DNA of 55,844 nucleotides from a virus (lineage: Duplodnaviria > Caudoviricetes). Of this stretch, positions 39,240-46,569 are shown piece after piece. The stretch is from IMG/VR virus record IMGVR_UViG_3300012231_000001, positions 1 through 55,844 of that record; one strand, 5' to 3'. A program made the position numbers and the translations under genes. Each line of letters begins with the position of its first letter. Positions within the stretch are counted from its first letter, which is position 1. Below the pieces are notes generated by a model that saw nothing but the letters and a program-made list of their open reading frames with translations, had not been told where the DNA came from and did no database searches.

Positions 39240-39265
39240 AAATTAATGGGGCATTTCTGCCCCAT
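39240..39265 (-). terminator. Hairpin after the Ubl gene (weak terminator or mRNA stabiliser)
   Basis: AUGGGGCA-GAAA-UGCCCCAU with an interrupted U tract. Confidence 0.6.
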
Positions 39266-39271
39266 AGCTAA

Positions 39272-39547
39272 CTAAGCATTTTTGGTTTTCAAACCAACAC
39301 GGATAGTATCACCTTTATTGATGACATTATCCATTATTGCTTCAGAGCCATTGTGAGAGACTACGTAATCTTTCAGATTGAAGTCTGATATAAAACTACG
39401 TACAGTAGTACCAGCTGCAATTTTTACATCTTCCGGTACACTACCTGGTTTATGTAAACTCAAGCTAACTTGAGCTGCTACTGCTTTCTTTGTAGATTTT
39501 ACAGTAGTCTTTTTTGTGCTGGTGCGTGTGCTTTTCTTTTTAGCCAC
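39272..39547 (-). CDS. Ubiquitin-like (ThiS/MoaD beta-grasp) protein with a Lys/Thr-rich N-tail
   Basis: GGAGG RBS before GTG 39547; GTTVRSF, VSHNG and INKGDTIRV beta-grasp pattern; C-terminus KTKNA. Confidence 0.8.
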   Translation of the reverse strand: MAKKKSTRTSTKKTTVKSTKKAVAAQVSLSLHKPGSVPEDVKIAAGTTVRSFISDFNLKDYVVSHNGSEAIMDNVINKGDTIRVGLKTKNA

Positions 39548-39585
39548 AGCTTCCTCCATTATATTAGTTATAAGATGGTTGTTAA

Positions 39586-40005
39586 TTAACACCCATTTAT
39601 AGTCTGGGTTATGGACTTTATAAGTTCATTAATTTCTTCATCTGTCAGGACTACTATTTTTTCAGTTGTCCCAGACACTTTAATTTCTGATAATTTTATT
39701 ACATCATAATATTGTTGTATACGTTTAATAAACATAATTGTACCAAAATTATTTAATGGATAATAAAATCTTTTAACACCATCATCAGTAGACATATACA
39801 TTTTTTTAATATGAGAGCCTATATTCCACTTATATCTATATTTATCATATCCATTATGGTCAGACATTCTTAATGACCTTAACCTACCATCTTTGAATTT
39901 AACATAGACACTATTAGTGGTAAAGGCTTCGTGATAAACATAAGGCTCTAAATGTTTTAAGTCAGATAGAACTGTTTGTAATGTTTTCTTAATTTTATTT
40001 GTCAT
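39586..40005 (-). CDS. Hypothetical phage protein
   Basis: SVYVKF...LRMSDH motif. Confidence 0.6.
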   Translation of the reverse strand: MTNKIKKTLQTVLSDLKHLEPYVYHEAFTTNSVYVKFKDGRLRSLRMSDHNGYDKYRYKWNIGSHIKKMYMSTDDGVKRFYYPLNNFGTIMFIKRIQQYYDVIKLSEIKVSGTTEKIVVLTDEEINELIKSITQTINGC

Positions 40006-40007
40006 TG

Positions 40008-40110
40008 AATTCCTGATAGGAATCGAACCTGTAAATGAACGGACTTCTTACAAACCAGTAATATAATTTGTAATTACACGCTTATGTTTTACCAATTAAA
40101 CTACAGGAAT
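40008..40110 (-). ncRNA. tRNA-like element with a non-canonical anticodon region
   Basis: Acceptor ATTCCTG/CAGGAAT, TA, D-arm GTTT-AATTGGTA-AAAC, T-arm ACAGG-TTCGATT-CCTAT; about 53 nt between the D- and T-arms; no CCA. Confidence 0.65.
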
Positions 40111-40128
40111 TACCAGCCATACAGCAAT

Positions 40129-40539
40129 TTAACCTTGCAATAATTTAACAATATGTTTTGCTTTTTGGATTGCAGTTAACATTTCTGTATCAACTGTTTT
40201 AAGTATCTGATATGCTTGATATTCTTCATAATTAAATAATTCTTCTCCAGTTTCTACAAGAAATGCTAATTTGTTTTCCTCAGCAACAATTTCTTCTCTC
40301 AGCTCGGTGATTCTCAGCTCTATATCTGTTTTTGTTGTTTCTACTAAAACAAAATCAGTGGTATAAACATTATATAAACTACCAGATTCGTTTTGGGCTA
40401 CGCAATCACCATATTGATTTGTGTTAATCTGCGTCAAAGTGACGACAGAACCAATAGTAAATCCGTGAGAGGCTTGATTCGCTGCAATCCTCACTTTCAT
40501 CCCAACCTTTACTTCTGGGTTTTTCTGTCTTTTTTTCAT
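40129..40539 (-). CDS. SH3/KOW-like plus coiled-coil protein
   Basis: KVGMKVRI...HGFTIGSVVTL followed by heptad repeats; GGAG RBS. Confidence 0.6.
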   Translation of the reverse strand: MKKRQKNPEVKVGMKVRIAANQASHGFTIGSVVTLTQINTNQYGDCVAQNESGSLYNVYTTDFVLVETTKTDIELRITELREEIVAEENKLAFLVETGEELFNYEEYQAYQILKTVDTEMLTAIQKAKHIVKLLQG

Positions 40540-40645
40540 AACGGTTTCTCCATTTTTTGTTGTTAGATATGTTAATTAGGACATTAAAGATTTACAAGTG
40601 CTAATATTATAGATATTAACACTAAAAGATTCCATAAAAAACGAT

Positions 40646-40927
40646 TCATTTTTTATTCTCCAAATATGTTATAATAACAGGGCGTATAAGCTGTTTAATA
40701 TTATTGAATAACCAACCACTCTTAAATTTGTTTAACACCTTAGCAATATCTGGATGTTGCTTCATCAAAACACCCCACTCATCATTAAATTTCCAAGCAG
40801 CCTCATTCAACGCAATTTCATCTATTAATGTGATGGGTTTTAACACCGATTGCTTCGGTGTGAACTGTTGAGTAATAGAACCATTCCCGTGGAACGTAGT
40901 CGTTACATCATAATTTGATGTGTCCAT
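40646..40927 (-). CDS. Early hypothetical protein
   Basis: GGAGG RBS. Confidence 0.6.
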   Translation of the reverse strand: MDTSNYDVTTTFHGNGSITQQFTPKQSVLKPITLIDEIALNEAAWKFNDEWGVLMKQHPDIAKVLNKFKSGWLFNNIKQLIRPVIITYLENKK

Positions 40928-41163
40928 TATAATCCTCCAGTTTTGAATAAATCATCTAATGATGTTTGATTATCTGTAACAATAGGTTCTGTATGCTCCG
41001 GCATTATACCAATAAGCAGACAATAATAATCTGATTCTTTATCGTGCTCTACACCTTTAACTTGAAACAATGTACCACCTGGCAGTTTCATTACTGCCAT
41101 TTGATTTTTACGTTTATCACTTAACGATTCCCATATTTGTTTATAAGTCATAAATCTATCCAA
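40927..41163 (-). CDS. Early hypothetical protein
   Basis: Coupled ORF. Confidence 0.55.
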   Translation of the reverse strand: MDRFMTYKQIWESLSDKRKNQMAVMKLPGGTLFQVKGVEHDKESDYYCLLIGIMPEHTEPIVTDNQTSLDDLFKTGGL

Positions 41164-41552
41164 TTTAATGTTGAAATATTTTGTCTATAAACGCCACCAT
41201 AATAATACTTATCATCAGGAAAATGTAAACTGCCACCATAATAACCATTAGATTCGTTACGATAATCTATGATTATATCACCCTTATCTGTCATTATTTT
41301 GAAGCCATAATAAGCTATTACGTCATATTTATCTGGAGAACCTAAATCAGGCATATGCAAATCTTCAGTAGATATTACTAATGCAGATAATCCATTTACA
41401 GGCAATTCTATATTTTCAATCCAAGTTGATGAGCAACAATCACCATCAACCTTTACTATGATTTCTTCTTTATCAGTAATAAACAACAGAGCTTTTTTAT
41501 CATCTGCTATTTTTATTTGTTTTATTGTGTGCCCTATCAAATAATTACTCAT
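41148..41552 (-). CDS. Conserved phage protein (DCC...NGYY family)
   Basis: GDCCSSTWIE and SNGYYGG motifs. Confidence 0.7.
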   Translation of the reverse strand: MSNYLIGHTIKQIKIADDKKALLFITDKEEIIVKVDGDCCSSTWIENIELPVNGLSALVISTEDLHMPDLGSPDKYDVIAYYGFKIMTDKGDIIIDYRNESNGYYGGSLHFPDDKYYYGGVYRQNISTLNWIDL

Positions 41553-41553
41553 T

Positions 41554-41781
41554 TTATTTTCCTTTCTGTATTAGTATTTTAGCATAACAATAAGCCATAT
41601 TAAAGATTGCCAACATACAAGCTATTATAAAACATATCATTGTGCCATAACGTAGAAAACCTGGTACATCGTAAACATTACGAAACAACTGGATTAAGAA
41701 TACAGCACATACTAATGCTCCATAGATAGATACCCATAAATGTTTTTTAAGTCTCTTTAGCTCCAGCTTATCCGCATCCAT
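41554..41781 (-). CDS. Two-TM early membrane protein
   Basis: Two hydrophobic helices. Confidence 0.6.
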   Translation of the reverse strand: MDADKLELKRLKKHLWVSIYGALVCAVFLIQLFRNVYDVPGFLRYGTMICFIIACMLAIFNMAYCYAKILIQKGK

Positions 41782-41933
41782 TTACCACCCATCTTTTTAG
41801 TTATGTCGGTTAATTTAGCATATTTTTTAATAGCCAGTTTTTTAAGTGCATCAATAGCATCTTTATCAGAACTATATTTTTTGTATACATTTTCTTTATT
41901 AAAACAGCCACAATATAGTATTTTATCACTCAT
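41757..41933 (-). CDS. Early hypothetical protein (probable start MSDKIL)
   Basis: ATG at 41933, just downstream of a structured leader. Confidence 0.45.
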   Translation of the reverse strand: MSDKILYCGCFNKENVYKKYSSDKDAIDALKKLAIKKYAKLTDITKKMGGKWMRISWS

Positions 41934-41945
41934 ATAAATATATAA

Positions 41946-42057
41946 GCAGATACAAGGTAACAATAACCATTGTTTATACAACAATGTACAGTAGGTGTTC
42001 GTATTGCATCCTGTAACTTTTCCGGTTTACCTTAGTATTATTACACATTGTATCTGC
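41946..42057 (-). ncRNA. Intergenic structured RNA candidate
   Basis: GCAGATACAA/TTGTATCTGC 10-bp inverted repeat, plus AAGGTAA/TTACCTT and CATTGTT/AACAATG pairings. Confidence 0.45.
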
Positions 42058-42063
42058 CGTTAA

Positions 42064-42351
42064 TTATTTAACCATTGATTTATCACATATTAAAACTGTA
42101 CCGACTATTACATCTGCATAACCAGCAGATTGGAATATCTCAGTAGCTGTCTCATTAACAGGTAAATGCTTCAGTTTGCCTTCTTCATCACATATTAGAT
42201 AATGTTCAGGTAAATGAAGCAATTCAACCATATTATTAGGGTCATTAGAACCATTGATGAATATACGTAATTCATCTAATGTAAAATCTGTACCATTAGC
42301 TGGTGTTACTTCAGCTATTGTACCATCTGTTTTATATACTTTTGCTGTCAT
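42064..42351 (-). CDS. DUF3846-like protein
   Basis: FTLDEL...DEEGKLKHLPVNETAT...DVIVGTVLI. Confidence 0.8.
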   Translation of the reverse strand: MTAKVYKTDGTIAEVTPANGTDFTLDELRIFINGSNDPNNMVELLHLPEHYLICDEEGKLKHLPVNETATEIFQSAGYADVIVGTVLICDKSMVK

Positions 42352-42449
42352 TCTGTAACCTTTACTATATATGCAATGATTAAATATATTATTAGTATAA
42401 TACCCATTAGTAATCCTGTATCTAAAAGAAAATCTGTAAATCTTTTCAT
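42348..42449 (-). CDS. 33-aa single-TM peptide (not in the ORF track)
   Basis: MKRFTDFLLDTGLLMGIILIIYLIIAYIVKVTE; coupled to neighbours at both ends. Confidence 0.5.
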   Translation of the reverse strand: MKRFTDFLLDTGLLMGIILIIYLIIAYIVKVTE

Positions 42450-42637
42450 TAGTTTAATATCACTTTATCTAATGTAAAACATTCATCTTTTAATATATCA
42501 GGGATAAAAGTAAACAATTTATTATAAAAATGGTATTTATAAGGTAGTTTACATTGACGTGATGTTTTACAATCAAATACACGTGGTTGATTGAATGTGG
42601 CATAAATAAATTTTGTATATTTACGTTTGATAATCAT
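42449..42637 (-). CDS. Early hypothetical protein
   Basis: Coupled ORF. Confidence 0.5.
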   Translation of the reverse strand: MIIKRKYTKFIYATFNQPRVFDCKTSRQCKLPYKYHFYNKLFTFIPDILKDECFTLDKVILN

Positions 42638-42858
42638 TTTGACATCTCTTTTAAGACGTGTTTAACATTTTTTTCTTTAATGTAAAACTTATCATTGGTA
42701 CATTTAACATATTTGCTCAAACGTTTAACCATTTCTTTATTATATGCAAGAAATGTAAAACGAATAATAGCAGTATACATAGCTTCGTTAACACCATCAT
42801 CGTCATCTAATCCTTTAACCATATTTTTAAGTATTGTGTTAGCTTCTCGCTTTGTCAT
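42634..42858 (-). CDS. Early hypothetical protein
   Basis: Coupled ORF. Confidence 0.55.
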   Translation of the reverse strand: MTKREANTILKNMVKGLDDDDGVNEAMYTAIIRFTFLAYNKEMVKRLSKYVKCTNDKFYIKEKNVKHVLKEMSK

Positions 42859-42980
42859 CTTGCCACCTTTTTGGGCTTTTTCTGTATGATTAGCAACAGT
42901 TTAGTAAAACCACAGGTAATACATTTACATTTCTTATTACCTGTAATCTTGCGAATATGACGGCATTTAGTACACATCAT
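42855..42980 (-). CDS. 41-aa Zn-ribbon peptide (not in the ORF track)
   Basis: GGAG RBS; MMCTKC...KCITCG; stop overlaps the next ATG. Confidence 0.55.
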   Translation of the reverse strand: MMCTKCRHIRKITGNKKCKCITCGFTKLLLIIQKKPKKVAR

Positions 42981-43031
42981 TGTACTCCATTTTAGTTGAG
43001 AATGAACCAGTAACCTTTGTATTTAATGATT

Positions 43032-43274
43032 TTAACCATTAACAACGTTAATAGCAATTTTACCTGCTGTCACCCAAATTTCAAATGGATAATGTTCTCC
43101 TTCTTCTTCGCATTGTGCCCCGTCAGTCCCAAATGATGGAATTAGATATTGCAAATCATCTTCTAACTCAGCATATTTTAGACTGTCCTCAATGTCAACG
43201 TGGACAACTATATCCCTGTCACCGTGCTCAGCGATAGATTGTGCTAATAGCTCAATCAGTTTTGTAGCTTTCAT
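43032..43274 (-). CDS. Early acidic hypothetical protein
   Basis: MKATKLIELL...HGD pattern seen in small phage early genes. Confidence 0.6.
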   Translation of the reverse strand: MKATKLIELLAQSIAEHGDRDIVVHVDIEDSLKYAELEDDLQYLIPSFGTDGAQCEEEGEHYPFEIWVTAGKIAINVVNG

Positions 43275-43463
43275 ATTAACCGTTATTTAAGTGTATAATA
43301 AATTGATACAAATAATAATATAGTCATTATTATTATAAATAATGGATGTAATAACATTTATTCTCCAATATGTTTATATTGTACTCTGTATTTTACAGGC
43401 TTGAAACTGTTTAACAATAAGTTAAGCTACATTAGCAATATAGGGTTGTGATAATCATATTTA

Positions 43464-44015
43464 TTATGATTGCTTCTCTTCTTTTGCATTTGCATCTTGC
43501 GTCACTTTGGATAAAGTGCCTTTTGCCCCAGTTCTGGTGTCCCAGTCTATATAGACTTTGAACTCTATGTATTTGGGTATTCCCAGACCGTGTATTCGCT
43601 CGTTAAAATCACGTACCATCTTGCGAAGTTTTGTTTCGCCATCTATGACGGCTGTTGCTACTGATTCGCTGAAGTTACACTCAGTGGACTTCTTAATCCA
43701 CTTGTCAGTTACGTCCTTTACAAAGCCCATTGATGAGCTGATTGCAAGGTTGCTGTTCAATTCACCCTTTAGACTGGTATAGCCGAAGGCTGTTTGTAAA
43801 CTTAGTAATTGTTTACTAAGTGCCTTAATATGGCTATTGGTTGAATCTGGGTGATATTGATAGACTAATGTCTGACCGTTCAGTGCCGACTTAGTGGTTA
43901 AATAGTTATTAAAGAGAGAATCTGCTATGACTTTATCGTTCATGCTCTCTAATTCAGCTATAATAACCTCTTCACCTGTAGCTTGTAATGCTTTGATAAT
44001 TAGAACTATTGCCAT
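43464..44015 (-). CDS. First gene of the leftward (early) arm, hypothetical; probable start 44015
   Basis: GGAG RBS before MAIVLI; the track's upstream extension runs into the control region. Confidence 0.65.
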   Translation of the reverse strand: MAIVLIIKALQATGEEVIIAELESMNDKVIADSLFNNYLTTKSALNGQTLVYQYHPDSTNSHIKALSKQLLSLQTAFGYTSLKGELNSNLAISSSMGFVKDVTDKWIKKSTECNFSESVATAVIDGETKLRKMVRDFNERIHGLGIPKYIEFKVYIDWDTRTGAKGTLSKVTQDANAKEEKQS

Positions 44016-44202
44016 TATATACTCCATTTTTCTAACTATCACAACCCTTGAGAAGCTGTTATATATTTTCAAAGAACTATAACGTGTAAACACGTTACAA
44101 TATAGTAATAATACGGAAATGGAGAAAAATTCCAATAGAAAATGGGATAGGGGGGGATGGTAGGAATAAAAAAATACAGGTCTGCATATATTCACTTGTG
44201 TA

Positions 44203-44308
44203 TTCCTCTAAAAAATTATACATTTTTTATACATATTAACTAATAATATTCTATTTTATTAAAAATAATGGTTATTCTCTAAAAATTATATAATTTTATA
44301 CATTATTT
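44203..44308. repeat. Imperfect AT-rich direct repeats in the divergence region
   Basis: TCTAAAAA(A)TTATA...TTTTATACAT occurs twice (about 44203-44237 and 44274-44308). Confidence 0.55.
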
Positions 44309-44531
44309 ACTAAAAAATAATACATATTTTATAAAAAACACTTACTAATTTTTATTATTTCTACCATAATGCACACAGGGTGGTGTGTGGAGTGTAATGA
44401 ACACAGAAGTTCAGTCTGAATAATCTGAATACATTATTATAATTGTATTATATGTATATATTATACTTATAATATATATTATATGTATAATAATAACGTT
44501 ATAGACCTTTTCTTTCGTTAGAGTCGTTGTT

Positions 44532-44560
44532 AACATACGAGTAGAACAATAAAAAGTCAA
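44532..44560 (-). promoter_or_regulatory. Leftward promoter TTGACT-N17-TATGTT
   Basis: sigma70-like boxes at 17-nt spacing, back to back with the rightward promoter. Confidence 0.55.
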
Positions 44561-44619
44561 GTAGCATTTGAAAAATAATAAAAATATATTTAAGTGTTGA
44601 TAAAAGTAAGAACAAATGG

Positions 44620-44650
44620 TTGACAAAATAAGGTTTTAATATTATATTTG
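44620..44650 (+). promoter_or_regulatory. Rightward promoter TTGACA-N17-TATATTTG
   Basis: Perfect -35 and the shared -10/-7 box, upstream of 44679. Confidence 0.85.
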
Positions 44651-44678
44651 TAGTATTAAACTAAAAGGATTTTAGGAA

Positions 44679-45275
44679 ATGACAGATTTCGATGATATAT
44701 TCGGTAGTGTAATCTCGGTAAAGGTAGCAGATGCTACTGTTGGTGACGCTTTAACTGATGAAGAAATACGGAAACGGAATCAGAAGTATGTAGATGAAGT
44801 TGTTATTATGGCTGGACCACCTAAAACAGTTACACCTGATGAAATGTTGTTAATGAGAGAACGAGCTGGTACAGAGAAAGCTAATGACCCTTACCCAGCT
44901 ACAATGGCTGGACCAGCGTTGACTGATGATATGAAAGAAAGGGTTAATGAAGATGGTACACTCAATTTTAATCAAGGTTATAATCCAGATGATTTCTTTA
45001 TTAAAGAAACTGGTACAGAACAGTTTATTAAAGATGTACAGTTAAAGATACGAACAATATATGATGCACCACATCGTATAGTTAATGGCAAGAAAGTATA
45101 TGATAGGTATTATTATAATGTTGAGGCTTGGTGTCTTGAGTTGTTTTTTGAAGCTATTAACTGGGATGTAAAAATAGTTGAGACTGTAATGCAAGAACAG
45201 AATAAGTCGTTGCAGAATGAAATCGCAGGTATTGGTTTTGCTACATTAGCTTATTGGGCACGTGGGAAGAAATGA
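44679..45275 (+). CDS. Hypothetical protein, first gene of the rightward arm
   Basis: AGGA RBS; directly downstream of the promoter. Confidence 0.7.
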   Translation: MTDFDDIFGSVISVKVADATVGDALTDEEIRKRNQKYVDEVVIMAGPPKTVTPDEMLLMRERAGTEKANDPYPATMAGPALTDDMKERVNEDGTLNFNQGYNPDDFFIKETGTEQFIKDVQLKIRTIYDAPHRIVNGKKVYDRYYYNVEAWCLELFFEAINWDVKIVETVMQEQNKSLQNEIAGIGFATLAYWARGKK

Positions 45276-45397
45276 AACAGAAAAGTAATATATGTAGTTT
45301 TTGTGGTTTCAGAATACGTGGTAAGCAACATCTACAAGGACAACATCATAACAGTAATGTACCAAGATTAAAAAATAAAAGGAAAAGACAGAGATGA
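45272..45397 (+). CDS. 41-aa C2H2-like basic peptide (not in the ORF track)
   Basis: CSFC...H...HH; ATGA coupling at both ends. Confidence 0.55.
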   Translation: MKQKSNICSFCGFRIRGKQHLQGQHHNSNVPRLKNKRKRQR

Positions 45398-45534
45398 GTA
45401 AGAAGAAAAAGACAGAAGAACCAGAAGAAAATGAAGGTTATGAAAAGGAAGAAGATATTGAGGATAGTACGATTGGCTATGAAGACAAAGATGAAGACGA
45501 TGATGATTTACCAGATGATTTGGTGTATATATGA
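45394..45534 (+). CDS. 46-aa highly acidic peptide (not in the ORF track)
   Basis: MSKKKKTEEPEENEGYEKEEDIEDSTIGYEDKDEDDDDLPDDLVYI; ATGA coupling at both ends. Confidence 0.6.
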   Translation: MSKKKKTEEPEENEGYEKEEDIEDSTIGYEDKDEDDDDLPDDLVYI

Positions 45535-45728
45535 GTGGTAAACGAACTAAAAGATTAAAGAAAACAGCTTTACAGATGGTTAAAGACCTTAAAGAAAAAC
45601 ATAATAAAGAAATTAAACTTGACAGCCTTCGTCTGAATAATAAAGGTGAGCCTAATCTGTTTAGACGAATTAAGAAAGATTACACAGCTAATAGAATTGA
45701 TAAATTATTAACACCAATAGGAGTATAG
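45531..45728 (+). CDS. Basic hypothetical protein
   Basis: MSGKRTKRLKK...FRRIKK; coupled. Confidence 0.6.
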   Translation: MSGKRTKRLKKTALQMVKDLKEKHNKEIKLDSLRLNNKGEPNLFRRIKKDYTANRIDKLLTPIGV

Positions 45729-45729
45729 T

Positions 45730-46086
45730 ATGGGTGAAGAACTTTTTCCATTAAATCTATTAAGTAATTATGTTGCGGTTGAAATGGTACCTAAGAAGAA
45801 AAGCGTTATTCTTACACCAGAAACTGTTAAACCAGCTTTAAACACTATGGAATTACGGATAGTAGCTATTAGTGATGAAAAAGAAAAAGATGGTACGCCT
45901 ATGGTTAGAATAGCTAAAGTAGGTGATAAAGTTATTCTAAATACTATGGTTCTTCATACAGGTCAAGAGATTATAATAGCGAAGAAACCATATGTAGTTG
46001 TACGTGAAACAGAACTGGTTGGTATATTCAGACCTGATTATGCCGAACCAGAAGAACAAGCACCAATATTAACACTTGTAAATTGA
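45730..46086 (+). CDS. groES: GroES/Cpn10-like co-chaperonin
   Basis: LLSNYVAVE, SVILTP mobile loop, IVAIS, KVGDKVI and YVVVRETELVG. Confidence 0.8.
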   Translation: MGEELFPLNLLSNYVAVEMVPKKKSVILTPETVKPALNTMELRIVAISDEKEKDGTPMVRIAKVGDKVILNTMVLHTGQEIIIAKKPYVVVRETELVGIFRPDYAEPEEQAPILTLVN

Positions 46087-46217
46087 GAAAATTAAAGAAC
46101 AAATATAAATGGCGAGAGAAAGAATTACATTTTAGAACTCCTGATTTTATTTTGTTTGGGTTAAAGCCATTTAACAATCCATTGTTAAAGTTATTATATG
46201 AGAAAACTAAAACATAA
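46083..46217 (+). CDS. 44-aa peptide whose N-terminus duplicates that of the next gene
   Basis: TTG start overlapping the groES stop; MRKLKNKYKW versus MRKLKHKYKW. Confidence 0.45.
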   Translation: MRKLKNKYKWREKELHFRTPDFILFGLKPFNNPLLKLLYEKTKT

Positions 46218-46569
46218 ATATAAATGGCATAATAGGAATAGCCATCTTCTTGAACTTGAAAGAGAAAAGAGATTACGAGAACTGTATGGTAGAACTTGGG
46301 AATATGGGTTTAGGGGTGTACAGATGCGTAATCATATGGGGATGATGAGTCACATAGGTTCACAATGGACAGATAAAGAATTAAAACGAATTAAAGATAG
46401 TATGGATTTGCAAACTATTGGTTTACAAGTAAGACCAATAGATTTACATCACGAATTACCACGCTGCAGCCTCGCTGATAAGAGTGCTTTGGATAAGGTA
46501 TCTGGTACGACCAACCCAGACTTAAAGGATTCTTATCACTTATCAGATGGGTTTGAAAAGGGATTATGA
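46198..46569 (+). CDS. Hypothetical protein
   Basis: ORF within the operon. Confidence 0.55.
   Translation: MRKLKHKYKWHNRNSHLLELEREKRLRELYGRTWEYGFRGVQMRNHMGMMSHIGSQWTDKELKRIKDSMDLQTIGLQVRPIDLHHELPRCSLADKSALDKVSGTTNPDLKDSYHLSDGFEKGL

Noticed and set aside
36343-39547. ThiF/ThiS as thiamine or molybdopterin auxiliary metabolic genes
   Set aside because: No ThiG, MoaE, rhodanese or cysteine synthase nearby; the Ubl lacks GG; E2 and JAB are adjacent
40008-40110. Functional tRNA-Tyr(GTA)
   Set aside because: GTA falls at the expected position but no anticodon stem forms, and there is no CCA
42000-42040. c-di-GMP-I riboswitch or twister-like match (GGUAAACC...GAAA...AUGCAA)
   Set aside because: The required stems do not pair and the second hairpin is missing
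44411-44626. 71-aa minus-strand ORF and the 44016-44195 extension of the 43464 ORF
   Set aside because: Low-complexity AT-rich translation overlapping promoters, with no RBS
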